A stretch of DNA of 63,922 nt, the filler included, from Perkinsus chesapeaki ATCC PRA-425 (lineage: Eukaryota; Protista; Perkinsozoa), in the NCBI GenBank assembly GCA_013115145.1. It is 6 parts of 6 records of this genome, joined end to end, with 100 filler letters (N's around TTAATTAATTAA, not from the genome) between each part and the next. Parts side by side here need not be neighbours in the genome. Positions count along the whole stretch, not along the records: positions 1 to 26,273 come from JAAPAO010000511.1; 5 more parts are not named here. One strand, written 5' to 3'. This document shows, one piece after another, positions 1-13,417 of this stretch. The position numbers and the translations under genes are program-made. The notes below the pieces were generated by a model. That model saw only the letters and a program-made list of their open reading frames with translations. It was not told the origin of the DNA and made no database searches. Numbering within the stretch: the stretch's first letter is position 1; each line of letters opens with the position of its first letter.

Positions 1-236
1 AGGAGATATAATAGAAAGGAGTTTGATAGGAAATATGTTACTAGTGATACGGAGGAGGAGATATAATAGAAAGTGTGACAGGAAGTATGTAACATGTGAC
101 CAGTGGAATAAGAAAGAACAAATAATTGGCCTCTACATTTTGTTTTCTTCTATCAAGGCTGCAATCCCGAAAACGCCCCCAGAACAACAACAAAGACTGT
201 CAGCTAGTATAGAAACAATCAGTTTTATTTTACTAT

Positions 237-3200
237 TCACAGTTGGCCGGGAGTCTCGAAAGTCTTATCTTGGCAGAGTTCCTTCAACCCTTCGCCGCGA
301 TACGACACAAGCGGGGATACCTCGAAGAGTTCATCACCGACGACATGCCCGCCTGCGGCGTCAACCCATTTTCTGATAGAAAAAACGTAAAAACGATTAT
401 CGATGGAGCCTTACTTGCACATATCCGAGATCGCCTTGCGAGCAGTATCGGGCGAATCCTGATCGGCACCGAAGGGATTCTTAATCGGCGTGAACTCCTC
501 GGACCTGACAAGGGAACGTTGCATTCGTTCATCGATCCAAGGCGATAAAAAAGGTAAGGAAGATGGAAAATTTTCATAAATGATGTAAAGGAAATGTTCC
601 AACATTCAAGCTAAAACAGGCAAACCCAAACTGAGTAGCAAATGTAAGCTTTCAATATAACCGCGAAACTTCATTATTTCTTGATTTCAGTCAGGTCGTC
701 TCAAAGACAAACTAACTACTGGACGCATCAGACGTCTGCAATAGTATAGTGCTATCGCAATGTAATAAGGTAGAAGATATTATATATGATATGTCATTCC
801 ACTATTGATCATTGGATCATCGCTAAAGTGAATGCATACGGCTGCCTCCAGCAGGGAGATATAAGGTTTGACAGCTTGTGAAGGGAACCGGAGGAATAAT
901 ATTATCATTCAATAACCGGAATAATAAACCCGGGTTTCCAGCTAAGACCAACGTCACCATAGGGCTATTACCTCTTGCATTCGAACACCACAGATCGCTC
1001 AGCCATCTCAAAGGCATCAAAGATGAACGCTTCCAGCTTCACACCGTTATTCGACGTGGGCTTCACAGTGTTTCCTAAAAAGGTAATTCCTCATACCGAC
1101 TTTTCCTCAAATATTACCATTCTCGTCAGCATGGGCTATCTTCTTATAGGCGAGATGATACCGACTATTCATTTTGGAAATCGCATTTCTGAGGAACTCA
1201 ACCGAGTAGAAATGGTTGCAGATATTTCCAGCGCCGAACAGGAGCTTTCCATCTGCTCCGACCGCACGCACCATCGGATTGTCAATACCAGCGCCTGGGT
1301 TGTACCTAGCAAAAGAATCTTTACGCACTCTGAAGATTCTCAATTATAGAACGTCGATGATTTCAACTACCCCTATAAGAAGGTAGCACGTGTTTACCTA
1401 TAGAGTTTAAAACCACAAAATCATCTACAGCTACCCAGAACAAAAGGGATAATACACCGGTATTGTATTACGATCAGAGGGTAGTATATATACTAAGAAA
1501 AAATTTGTCAGATTGGTACTAATAACGGCACTCTAGTGATACATAAAGTACGAAAAATAGATGGGAAGACATTACTCTTCCGGGTGAGCTGCAAAAGTAG
1601 TATCGACATTATTACATGATGAACGTGAGTAAAGATGGCACTAGCATAAAAATTAGTCCCCAGTTGGAAGCAATTCCCAGGGATCGGAAATGTCCCCCCC
1701 ACTGAAGACTCCCACAGATAGAAATCGAAGCATTATAAGAGGACATTAACCAACCGAGTAAGAATAATACGCCCGGATTTTATTACAGATCAGAATACTC
1801 CACCACAGAGCACTTGCCATTCTTGGTAGCAATAACACCGACCTTCTCATCCCAGGATGATTTCCAGACAACCTTGTTGCCAACCTGATAGTAGAAAACA
1901 ATGAGAAAAGTATCATCGATTTTTCCGGCGAAAATCTCAGCTACTCGAGATTTTTGCTTACTTGGGCGTTCTTCTCGATACAATAGCCGACAAACCAAGG
2001 ATCAGCCGGTTTGAGAATGGCGTTATCGACGGAGAAGACATGAAGATATTTAACGCCCCAAGCCTCGAGCTTGGAGAGGACCTAAGATATGCAAGGTCAA
2101 AAAGTTGAGGTGAAAAATATCTTACTCCTTCCTTTTCTAAAGCGTAATAAAGGCCGCCGTTGCCATCGGGACTGACACTGACTTTCGATTTTGACTCGAG
2201 GATAAGGTTCCCATCAAGAGAAAGCGCGGGAAGCGTACCTGAGGTTGAAGCATGCGTTCAACATCAGATAAAGATACTCACCTTGAGGGAAGAAAATGAC
2301 GTCTTCAGAAGGGTAACCGAAGTAGTTGTGCTCCTTGAAGAACTTCTGAACATATTCGTGATTTAATGGCGACGTCATCACCAAGAATGGTAGACGAGTT
2401 GACGGCTTGCCGGAAAGGGTCCTGATCACATTAATAGCAATCTTACTCTAAACAGTGATGAAACTCGTAATTTTTATACAACCTTGAAAAACATTCAATT
2501 ATTATTCTCGTTTCCCCACCTACAGCGGTACGATTCATTTGAAATTCCGGCATTCACAGATGAGCTTGAGCTATATCATGTAAAGAACTAAATATAATAA
2601 TGATATTAATATTATAATTATGTAATAATAATATACATTTTACTACCCATAGTTCATACTTGCATTTTGACTTTAATTATTACCAGTATACATTCTATTA
2701 CACGAAGAACTTTATACGCTATATTATAATGACATACTCGTTATATATATTTCAAATTTATTACTATTATACATTTTATTATATAATATTACACAAAGCA
2801 CCCAATACGCTACATTATAATAATATATCGGTTATATATCCAATATACAGTACCAGTACCATGCTACGATAAAATTCCATTCATCATAGAGCAATCCTCA
2901 TTGATCAGATACCACCAAACGTATCTTACCTCAGTCTAGTAAGCCTCTCAGCAAAAAGCTGGAAAATCGGCTTAGCGCTCGGCAGTCCAATATTAACCAT
3001 TCCCTTGGATTCGTGAACACCGAGGCCCATTCGAGTGCCCTGGCCACCTGCCAGAACGCAGCCAGCGACCTCTCCAGAGGCAACTGCATCGAGGCCGAGT
3101 TTCTGATAGGAAAAGCGTAAAATGGTAGAGCCCAGCTGAATACTACCTCCCAACGCTGGATGTCTTCAGGAGTCATCGCGCTCAATTTCATGACGTCGTC

Positions 3201-3483
3201 ATCAGCCGGAGGCTCATAATCGGCCTCAGTGGTTTCGTTCTGAAGATCTTCCTTGGCCTGACAGAAGTTAATAAGCGACCTCGAAAGGAATCTTTTTTCT
3301 CACCTTTTCAACGCTTGCTTTAATGCTGGGATAATCTATCCCCTTAAGCTGCTCGATCAAAGCGTTCGCCTCGCTTTCAGTGCATTTGCCAGCGTCGATG
3401 AACTTGAAAACATGTCCTTGGCCCCAGCCATCGAATCGCTCCCTGAGCTCCTTAGGAACCATATCAGCGTTAGAAGCACTCAT
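237..3483 (-). CDS. UAP1: UDP-N-acetylglucosamine pyrophosphorylase, multi-exon
   Basis: ATG at 3483 ([30 protein letters not shown]). Later exons give [11 protein letters not shown]...SKG...[51 protein letters not shown] and a last exon [24 protein letters not shown] ending TGA at 237-239. Exons are separated by GT-AG introns. Confidence 0.92.
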
Positions 3484-3937
3484 TTCGTAGGTGAGAAAAT
3501 ATAACTGTGGAAAGTTCGATCGCGGCCGCGCGCTACTAGCGTCATTTTTAGCGCTAGTAACTAAGGTAAAAATTTTGATTGTCAATCGGAGAGAAGGTTT
3601 GGAGGAGCATTCGCAGATGAAACGGTGATACATTGAATGCTTATAATGTCTGTACGGATCCTAATTGTACGTGAAGACTTACGGTTGCAATGCTGAAGTT
3701 GCAGGCAAAAAATGTCGGAAAAATGCCGCATGCCGGGATCGAGCCTGCGACCTCGTTAAATTGTCAGAGAATATCATTACTACAGTACTTCTATGTAAAA
3801 ACACAAGCTTTTATTACTCCCTTCGAATCCGTTATAGTATAGTTCATGATAATAAGTCTGTGAGCGTGCTTCACAAAAAACTGTTTTCCGAATATCCGTT
3901 TTTGGTGTAATTTAATTCTAGTTGTTTTTGTGTTGTA

Positions 3938-6226
3938 ATGTCAGCGTGGTCCTTCGAGGCTTATATCGGCATCCCTCTAGCAGCGGTGGTGCTATTTCTG
4001 CTGTTGTCAGGTAAGATTCTCCAGAGGTTAACTCGAGAACTTCCAGGACTGCCCGGGTCTCTTTACAAAAATGGATTGTGAATCGCAAACTTAGCTCAAA
4101 AATCCTAGAGTGTATGCAAGCTGATTACTTGTTAGGGGTTATTATTTTAGACCCTTAAGGAAATCCCCAGATGAACGCCTGTATGTCACAATGTATAGAA
4201 AGTATCATCGGACTGAGTTTGAACCGAGTTCCTCGGCCACTAGGCTCGCAGTAGTATTCGCAGCCGTCAGCCCTACGATGGAGAGCATGCTTACCCTCGG
4301 TCGACCAATCGTGGTAACTGAAATGCGAGAATGCTAGCTCGAATCGGCGGGGACTCCCAGTGGACGCTGATCAGTCATAGCATTATTATACTTGCTTATA
4401 TCCAGCGAAGCTTTCTAGAAATTTTCCGATTCTTAAGTCGAAGTTGGTCTTCATTTCAGACGTCCCATTCCTGCAGAGGTTCGCTTGTCGCCTGAGTAAT
4501 GTATCAATAACGATCGGCAACTACGGCATATCATTAAGCTTGGGGATGGTTGTATGGCGGGAACTGAGCGGGAATAATAATGGTTTAGCCTTCAAACGGA
4601 TAGCAATCGTCGAAATATATTATAGAACTTATTTTTAGTAATATTGAAAAATAGTTATCGCACAAGTACATCGGTGCTTGAAGAGTCTTATTTTGTGCCA
4701 GACAAATGCTTCAGTCTCCTAGTTTTTATAACCTTTTTTATCGAGAAATCTGTTAAATATGATTTCGAAAATGCCTTGTTGACTTTCGTGCCGATTAGTA
4801 TTATTGATGCTTCTATGTAACACGTTTCACTAGTATAACACACCTGACCCTGTTTCGGAAGGTCTAAGAGGCCCCTCCTGCTCCGAATATATACCCTTTC
4901 AATGGTTAAAAGGAGGGCACCGCAACGAACAAGAAATACACTTCACTAATACATTTTATTTGCATCGGAAAAGTCGTTATTTGATTCCCATTGGTGAAAC
5001 TCTTTATATGCCTATTGGGTGCGCGACTGCATTTTATATAGATATTGGATGTTAATATGTAATATTTCCTTTTTCCTGTCAGAGCATCGCCTTCGCCTTG
5101 TTTGCTTCCCAATGGATCACATTGCGTGACTTAAACTCAATGAAGGATGCCCAGCTAAGTGATATGACTACAGTTGAACTACAGGACCGGTAAGGGTGGG
5201 AAGAGATGTTTGGGGAAAGACCTTTGTGTGGAACAAATGTGTGCTGCCTATATATCTGAGTTATCTTCAATGCATTTCGATCATTGCATCATAAATGAGG
5301 CGTTTTCGCGAAGATAGAGTAGCAATCATCTGAAAGGTGCTACTAGCACCGTACTGGTTTAACAGTTTGGCGGCGGATCTGATCATTTTCGATCCCTTTT
5401 TATTTGATATTTATTTATATTAGTTATCTTATGAAAGCCTGGAGAGCCGAAAGGAACTGGTGGATATCTCTGTTCTCCCTTACCTTGTGGTTGATGGTTT
5501 GGAGGTCGGCAATGTGGGTTCAAGGTCTGCTGGATGATGAGCAAAAGAAAGATTCGAAGAAGTCACAGAGTAATAGGATTGGATTTATATAATTAGATCA
5601 TGTCGCACGCGTTCATGTATCGATTTTATCACATAGAGATGCTTATTCATCTACTTAATACTACAGTGTGTTCGCGTTTGTTGGGCAAGTTTATTAAAAT
5701 TGAATATTTCGCGTTAGAGTGATGAAAAATGGCTGAAACCTTCAAGGATATAACTATAAGACAAGGGGACATTATTGTACATTATTAACATTAAATTGAC
5801 TTAATTAAATTAGCTTCGCCGTTATTATTATATTTTGCTTATATTGTAATTCTGTACTTGTCGAGTTTGCGCAGAAGAGGGGATTCCGCTCTATGAAGCT
5901 ATTGCTCGTAAATCTGCCATGAGCTTGATAAATACAGTAAAGTGTGAGGTGTAGTGTCCCATATACGAGAAAAGAGTAGTGCTAAATGATAGCATCACCA
6001 TCAGCCCGTAGTAATAATATAAACTCTCCAGCACTCTTCAAGTTCATCACAATAACAACAATCATTTCCGTGTCGTTCAGGTTCCTCCGGTCTTACTGGC
6101 GATCTGAAGGTTGATAAGGATTCCAAATCGTCAGAGAAGCCAGCTACGAGTGATTCCACCAAGGCGTCGGGCAGTAGTAGCTCTAAGAAGGTCTCTGAAG
6201 TTGAAATGACAAGTATGAAAAAGTGA
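3938..6226 (+). CDS. BAP31/BAP29-like ER membrane protein, multi-exon
   Basis: Hydrophobic first exon MSAWSFEAYIGIPLAAVVLFLLLS. Exon near 5430-5567 reads WRAERNWWISLFSLTLWLMVWR, resembling the Bap31 RAQRNxYIxGFSLFL signature. Last exon (6081-6226) is low-complexity and ends in ..MKK-stop. Confidence 0.6.
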
Positions 6227-6899
6227 AAGTACTGAGTTCGTTTCTTGTGGAGAAGGTATTTTGTTTAGTGAGATATACAATCGGTTTTGCTCGCTTACAA
6301 AACCTCTATGTTGAAAAATCTGGGTTAGCGTGTAAAATTGGTAGCGCAGAAATCTGCCGGGCATTGCGGGCTGATGGGCGCATATAAAATGGAGATATAC
6401 GCGTCTTTGGGTCTTTTCAGTTGAAACATATTTTTCATAAGATGCGGAAATCTGCCAGAGTTGTGCGAGGTTTTTTCCCACAAGTACAGAGTCTCGAAAC
6501 TTTAATTTCTCTGTCGTTGTGTGGTGAGTGTAAAGCAGCCTTCAACTTGTAGAGCAATCCGTGATGTATTCCAGCACTCCCTCATCTACCTTGGCCATAT
6601 ATATGTATTCAGTGCATTCAATCATTGCCGCACTATAATGGGTAGCATTGGCAGTTTCGTCTTCGTCAAAAAATGCATATGGGCCAACTTTGTATATGCT
6701 GCTGATGGAAAGCGCCGATTCGCGGGATTAGTCTAAATTGCTTTTAATTGACGTTCTGTCTTCACCGTGAACCTATTGAGTTAATCGACTGGTTAACTTT
6801 GGCGGCTTGAATGAGTTTCAATGCATATCTAGAAAGCAATGATGGGGTTGGTTCGGAAGGGGTTCATTAGAGCTATCATCAGTTTGTTAATTCCGAAAT

Positions 6900-9120
6900 A
6901 TGGGATGCGCTCAATCGACAAGCGGCTCCCAAAGTGGTCCACAAGCCGGCGGTGGGCTGAATGTGGTAATAATGGCGATGAGAGACGGCAGTGGTGTGTT
7001 TCAATAGTAATTTTTACAGACTGGGAGTCGGGCATCACCGACTGGGATTGAATCAAAGATAGTTCTGTTGGGGGACTCAGGCGTTGGTAAGTTGGCTGGG
7101 AAACCGGGTTTTGGGTTTCGGGTTTTGGGTTTTGGGTTTTCTTGTAATAGCCCGCGATATTCTACTCAATCAGGGTCTGACCTGTATACTCTGATTGTAT
7201 TACCTTCTAATAGAAGGCTTCTATTATAGAAGGCTTCTATCAGGTGTATTATGTTCTGCTTTCCGGACACGATATATCAATTGGACCGCGCAGTTGTAAT
7301 TTCAATACTTCTTTCCTTTTAATATCGTAGCTATTGCCACCCTCGAGATAGTGTGAGGAAGAATGTGTTGTTAATTTCAGCTCGTCAACTTGATAGGAGT
7401 TTCAGATTCCTTTGCAGAGAAAAACATCATCATTCTTCAGGAAAATCTTCAATGGCACTGAGGTTCTGTCAAGGCCGATTCCCACCCTTCCATGAAGTTA
7501 CCATCGGCGCTGCATTCCTCCAGCAAATTGTTCGTCTGCCGGGTTCTAATACGCAATTGAAACTGCATATTTGGGATACAGGTCGGAGGGAGGGAGGTTC
7601 CGGGTTCGAACCCGGCATGTTGCATTTTAGGCGGACAGGAGCGATTCAGGGCGATGGCGCCATTGTATTATCGTGATGCTGCTGGTGAGTGATGGGATTG
7701 GTTTTTTGCGGGGGAGCATTGTCTGGTGTGAATAGAAGTAACAGAATGTTCGGCTTTCCGGTGTGTATCCCACCTCGGTGGAGCTAGTCTGAAATCGATC
7801 AGCCGTTTCATAATGCTAAATCAATTAGTAATTGATTTTATACGAAATCGATGAATTTCAAATCTATCAACCGTTTCGTAATTTCAAATCTATCAACCGT
7901 CGTATTTCAAATCGATCAACCGTTTCGTAATTTCAAATCGATCAACCGCTTCGTAATTTCAAATCGATCAACCGTCGTATTTCAAATCGATCAACCGTTT
8001 CGTAATTTCAAATCGATCAACCGTTTCGTAATTTCAAATCGATCAACCGCTTCGTAGCGCTAAACGGATTAGCGTTTACGTCATACCGCATCGATAACCC
8101 AGTTACCCGTAATGTTAATTCAATGAACCGTTTGGTCACAGCTCCTCGAACACACATTAGATTATATTTTTTTATATTTCTATCAGGTGCGGTAGTTGTA
8201 TATGATGTGGGCTCCAAAGAATCTTTTGAATCTGTGAAATTCTGGGTGAGCGAGCTCCGTTCAAAAGGCCCACCGGATGTCCGTATCGCGGTCGCTGGCA
8301 ACAAGGCGGATTTGCCAGAGTCGGAACAGGTGAGCGGCTAACATGTGTTCCGGAGGTTGGGCTCGGGCCGATGGGTCAAGGCGAACGTTCGGTTGCATTC
8401 TCCCCGTCGTGTTTGGATGCCGCGTTGCCAGAACGGTGCTATCGATAGAGATAAATAGTTTCTTACCGAAAGTGGTTCGGAAATATTACTATATTTAATA
8501 TATACAGTGCGTTTGTTTTTGTTGGGCAAGTCGCTGAAATTTGAATATCTCACGTATACATGATCAAACTGAAGTGAGACCTTGAGGACTGTAGCTATTA
8601 AACAAGAGTATAATGTATTATAGTAATAACAATCTAAAATGGATTATTTAGTTTACTAGTTTAATAAGTGATATAACTAAGCATTCATATATATATATAT
8701 TAGTAATGAGATTTTCTCATTCACCACGGCTATGTGTTGGTGGGGTTGCTGAAGTGAGAAAAATTCTTACAAAAAGACACTTACACTTTCCGATGGAGGA
8801 GAATACGGGGATTCACAAAATATATGGCACACCGTTTCAAAGGTTTTTTTTACAAAAAACCTTCGCTCCCGGAATTTTGTGCACTTTTTATAACGTGGTA
8901 TAGATCACAGCGTGCACTTGACAACGTTATGAGGTTGCAGGCTGAGTATGCTAAGGAAAATAGTCGAGCATAAGTGGTCGAGTAACAGGCCTGGAGTTAT
9001 TGAAGCCCGTCTGATAGCTATCGTGTTGTTGTCAGGCTGTAACAGCGCAAGAAGCCGAAGAGTTCTGCCAGGAGAATGGTCTGTTGTGCTTCCGAACTTC
9101 AGCGATGACGGGCGCTAATG
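6900..9120 (+). CDS. RAB5B: Rab5b-type small GTPase with N-terminal MGC motif, multi-exon; C-terminal exon not resolved
   Basis: Spliced reading MGCAQSTSG..., [103 protein letters not shown]. All G-boxes are present. Confidence 0.88.
7107..7140 (+). repeat. Short telomere-like (GGGTTTT/GGGTTTC)n tract in a Rab intron
   Basis: gggttttgggtttcgggttttgggttttgggtttt. Confidence 0.6.
7857..8056. repeat. Intronic minisatellite with 26-bp and 23-bp unit variants
   Basis: About 8 copies of atttcaaatcgatcaaccg(ttt)cgta, long and short units interspersed. Confidence 0.9.
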
Positions 9121-10877
9121 TGAGACCTGTGGGGAAACGCTTTATATAATTTTATCGATTATAATTTCACACCGAATGTTACTCTGGAGGGGACGAGCTT
9201 TCATCAGACGCGTTCAGCGGGAATGCGCTTTGGCACTCCTGCTTTCACCGAGTTTTTAATCTAATCTCGAAACGTAGAGCACTTGAGCCTTCAAGGAATA
9301 TGTTCCCGCACGACTGGACAAAGCAACTTGGCATTCACGAACGAAGAAAACTCTCTGGTGGACCATGCTGAGATCCTTACGGACTGCACTTCGCCGACGA
9401 ATTACTAGTAGAGATTGGCCTTTTGCTGTGAGGCTTTTTACTTGTCATTTTGGGGCAAATTATGTCAAATGTTGACAACTCTATAAGTTGGGGAATTCAG
9501 CTTACGTTCTCATCTTTTTCCGCTTCGGCTTGAAAAGGAACATTCTGTTGCTATGATGTTGGGAATATAGGCTAAAAGGTGATTCCTCTTGTATCATCAC
9601 ATTCGGAAGTCGGAGGTGGAAGAGTTTTTTCATAGTTGCTGCTGAGACTATGTTAAGACTATTTGAGATTTTTTGTTAAGACTCTAAGACTTCCCCTGAA
9701 TTTTCCCTGAGGAAAAATTCAACGCAGCATTTGGGAAATGCCCTACCTGAATTATCGAGAGAACGAAAAACGAAAAGACTCGTATGTCGAGATGAACGTT
9801 TTAGTGAGCTCACTATGCGAATCGAAAAATGACCGGCAGAATTGATTACCGGGATTTTGTGAGATTGGTCATTGTCGTTCAGATTGGCAAGTTGTTCGAG
9901 TCACTCGCAGAAGAAGTATATAATGTGATAAAGAGCAAGCAGCGGTCACCAAGCGCCGCTGCAACTGGAGGCCAATAAATGTAGACTTGTTATTCATTAA
10001 TATTGCATTAAAAGTAACAGTATTGTGTTGAAGAGTTATTATTGGGGGAGTAAAGGCAAAAGACTAAGCGAGGTTAAGCGGGCAGACTAGTTGTGATTGT
10101 GCAAGTACACAATTCGAGTGTCCCCTAGCGCTAGTACTCACTGATGTGTATATGTTGATAGTTAGGGTTCCATGAATCCACCAGTGTTGAGTTCTGGTGA
10201 TTACGCTGGTGGCTTCGCAATATTGAACCACGGCGGTGGACCAGGAGCCATAAAGAGACGGTAAACGGCTCCAGAAAGAACATTTGATTATGAAATCAAA
10301 CTTCAATGTTTGTTCTGGAAACGCTTGGTCTGAACAAGTTGATCATACAGCAATCATTATTTAGGAGCTTCCTATTAGTAACGCTTTTTAACCTCGAGAA
10401 TAGCGACATTTCAGCGATGGTAGGAGTATCGTGATGAAGTCGTGAATGGCTCGTATTAATTGAGCGGTGCTATCGAAAAGACGTGCACTAGACGTGTAAG
10501 TGAAACACGATAGAGGAAAGAGTGGTGAAGGTCGAATGAATGGTATTCACTGGATGCCATTTCAAGAGTTGTAGAAACGTCGTCTTTTGACCCGAACCGC
10601 GGGCGACCAGAGAAAACATCATTCACTATAATAACGCGACTTGCAGATGTTTATAGATAAGACCTTGGAAAATGTCCTTTCCTTTGCTTAGGCTCCTAAA
10701 TAACACTGCTGATGAACCGCCAATCTGAGTATCTGCGCGCATTGACAATTGAACGGGCAGATGCACAGTCGGAATTGCAGATAGTTATCAACCAGGCACG
10801 CAGGCCAAATAAACCGAATAGCAAGACGGAAGTGAAATAGTTTAACCCGGCTAGTGTAGACAACCAGGGCTCGGAAT

Positions 10878-11331
10878 TTACATACGATTTTTGACCAATT
10901 CCGGACACCCTCCTCGGGTAAGATTGACGACCTCGTCATGGAAATCCACCCTTATTTTGGTATAATCTTGGTCATAATAGTATGTGTTCATATCATTCCA
11001 ATAATGAGGAAGGTACTGGAGTTTGCATATATCATAGGCCATACGCGAAACCAGCGCGATCCTCCTCGCTGGCTTTGCTGACTGTGTACGGGTAGTTGGG
11101 AAAGAGCTTGATAACTTCCAACTCAGGTGAACCAACGAGACTATCCCCGCAGTGAATGGTCAACCCGACGGCCATTACTTGCATTGGTTCATAATGCCAG
11201 TCCACTTGTATGCATTGCTGCTTCTTGTCGGTATACCCACTATAACTGCCAGTTTGGCATTCTATAGACCAAAGCATGCATAGGAGAACCACCATACTCA
11301 GAAGCCTGTTGAGGTTGGAGAAGTTGGGCAT
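10878..11331 (-). pseudogene. Secreted 4-Cys protein family F1, copy A (frameshifted)
   Basis: Signal peptide MPNFSNLNRLLSMVVLLCMLWSIECQ. Relative to copy D a 2-nt deletion near 11050 (ccatacgc-gaaa vs ccatacgcatgaaa) shifts frame; the C-terminal half (MAYDICKL...LTRGGCPELVKNRM) continues in ORF 10878..11135. Confidence 0.8.
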
Positions 11332-12521
11332 TGTGATGCTAACCGAGATGGAACTATGGTTGAAAAATGAGTGTTCGATTCTAGTCTGTTCTACAAGAAA
11401 GTTGAAAACTAAGAAACGAAATGAAGAATGAGAAGTCGAATGATCTCTTTCTCCGACTAGTTTAGGCCTCCATGTGCATGCGTGGTACTCAATCACACGC
11501 GTACGCTGGTAAGGTAGAACTATGCCGATCGCGTTGTTATTGATTTAGGATTATTAGGACGCGAGAATCTTACAAAGATATGGGTGAGCCCCTACTGAGG
11601 CAAAACTGTCTATTACTCTTTGTTCACAAGAAATGGAATCATCGAGGAATGCATAACTTCACGCACCTGTCGGACCTATGTCACGTGACTCAATGTGGGA
11701 GGGGAGTAAAACACGTTCGACAGTTTCCCCTACAGAGCGCATTTTCCGCCAAGTACAAGTACGGAACTTCCCAGAGCGCAAACGGAAGGAACAACAGTTA
11801 GAGACAGAAGGTCTCAGAATCCAGATTGGGTGGAACCGTTGAATGGAGGGATATCGAAATCTCGAAGCAAAGTCCACGAACCATTCATGCATACTCGCGA
11901 CATGTAGGAACTCCACAATGTAGTGTTTTTAGAGTCTGAAAACACTATATTATAGAGGTCACCTTATATTTTCACGGTGCAAGTTGCACCCTTAACCAAT
12001 ATTCTTCTCGAAGGGCTCTCTTTTGCACCCAATTTGGAAGGTTACAGAAACACGCACTGGAGCTCGATGAAAAAAATAGGAATTTGAATATTAACTTTCC
12101 GAAACTTCAAGAATAGTAGCAATGTCATCTTTCGACTATAACATTATCACGTTACCTTAGTCGAGAAAATATTATTTAATACTATGGTAACACGACTTGC
12201 TGTGACGCATAGAAAAGCTAGGTCTCTGGAGTGAGTCCAGGACTTGGAGTGAATGCCTTCGCTCAGGCTTCTACACATCATTAGTGATGAACCGTCAATC
12301 TGCATATTTGCGCGCATTGACGGTTGGGCTCGCAGACACACAGTCGGAATTACACATAGTTATCAACCGGGGAAGCTGAACAAATAGACCGAATATCAAG
12401 ACAGAAATGAACTAGTTCAACCCGACTAGTCTAGACGACCTCGGCTTTTAGGTAATACTTTTATGAACTATCCGAGAATAGTTCGCAATCTCCAGACAAG
12501 TTTTGACCAACTGAAGTAATA

Positions 12522-12953
12522 TCAGCACTCTCCTCGAGTTAGATTAACGATCTCGTCACGAAACTCCACTCGTATTTCCGTATAATGGTCGTCGTAAAAG
12601 AATGTGTTCAAGTCGTTCCGAAAAGGGGGAGAGAACATGAGCTTGCACGTTTGATACAGATTACTCATGAAACCAGCGCGATCCTTCTCGCTGGCTTTGC
12701 TGACTGTGTACGGGTAGTTGGGGTAGATCTTGATAACTTTTAAGTAGGGGGAGCCGACAGCCGTATCCCCGCAGTGAACGCTCACCACGACTTGCATCAC
12801 TTGCATTGGTTCATAATGCCAGTCGACTTGTATGCATTGCTGCTTCTTGTCGGTATACCCACTATAACTACCAGCTTGGCATTCTATAGACCAAAGCATG
12901 CATAGGAGAACCACCATGCGTAGAAGCGTGTTGAGGTTGGAGGAGTTCGACAT
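12522..12953 (-). CDS. Secreted 4-Cys protein family F1, copy B (143 aa)
   Basis: Intronless ORF from MSNSSNLNTLLRMVVLLCMLWSIECQ to ...LTRGEC; clear paralog of A, C and D. Confidence 0.8.
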   Translation of the reverse strand: MSNSSNLNTLLRMVVLLCMLWSIECQAGSYSGYTDKKQQCIQVDWHYEPMQVMQVVVSVHCGDTAVGSPYLKVIKIYPNYPYTVSKASEKDRAGFMSNLYQTCKLMFSPPFRNDLNTFFYDDHYTEIRVEFRDEIVNLTRGEC

Positions 12954-13417
12954 TGTGATACAAACCGAGATGGAACTACGGTTGAAAAATGAGTGCTGAA
13001 CTCTAGTCGGTTCCGAAACGAAGTTGAATACCAAGACACGAGATGCAGAATGAGATGGTGAATCTCGTGAAGAGATTATCGTCTCCCGATTAACTCTTCG
13101 GATTAGTTTCGGTCTCCATGCGCATGCGCGGTATTGAATCACACGCGTGCGCTGGTGACGTGGAACTATGCCGGCCGCGTTGTTATTCATTCAGGCCGAT
13201 TAGGACGCGAGAATCATACAAGGGCATGCGTAAGCCTCTACTGAGGCGATACCGCCTACTGCTCTTTGCTTACAAGAAAGGGAATCACCGAGGGATGCAC
13301 GACTTCGTGACGTCACGGACCTATGTCACGTGACTCACGGTGGAGCGAAGTAAAACCCGTTCAGGACAGTTTCCCCTGCAGAGCGCATTTTTCGGCCAAG
13401 TACAAGTACGGATTCCG

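Noticed and set aside
7589-7616. tRNA gene in Rab intron (ccgggttcgaacccgg)
   Set aside because: Only a T-arm/B-box-like hairpin; no D-arm or acceptor stem.
10696-10908. Conserved small ORF downstream of each F1 gene (LITICNSDC...)
   Set aside because: The paralogous blocks after copies B, C and D contain stops and non-triplet indels, so this is conserved non-coding flank. A C/D snoRNA reading (TGATGA..CTGA) also fails because CTGA is not kept in the other copies.
11684-11700. GTCACGTGACTCA (G-box/AP-1-like) as a shared F1 promoter element
   Set aside because: Present upstream of copies A and B but altered in C and D; could simply be inherited flank.
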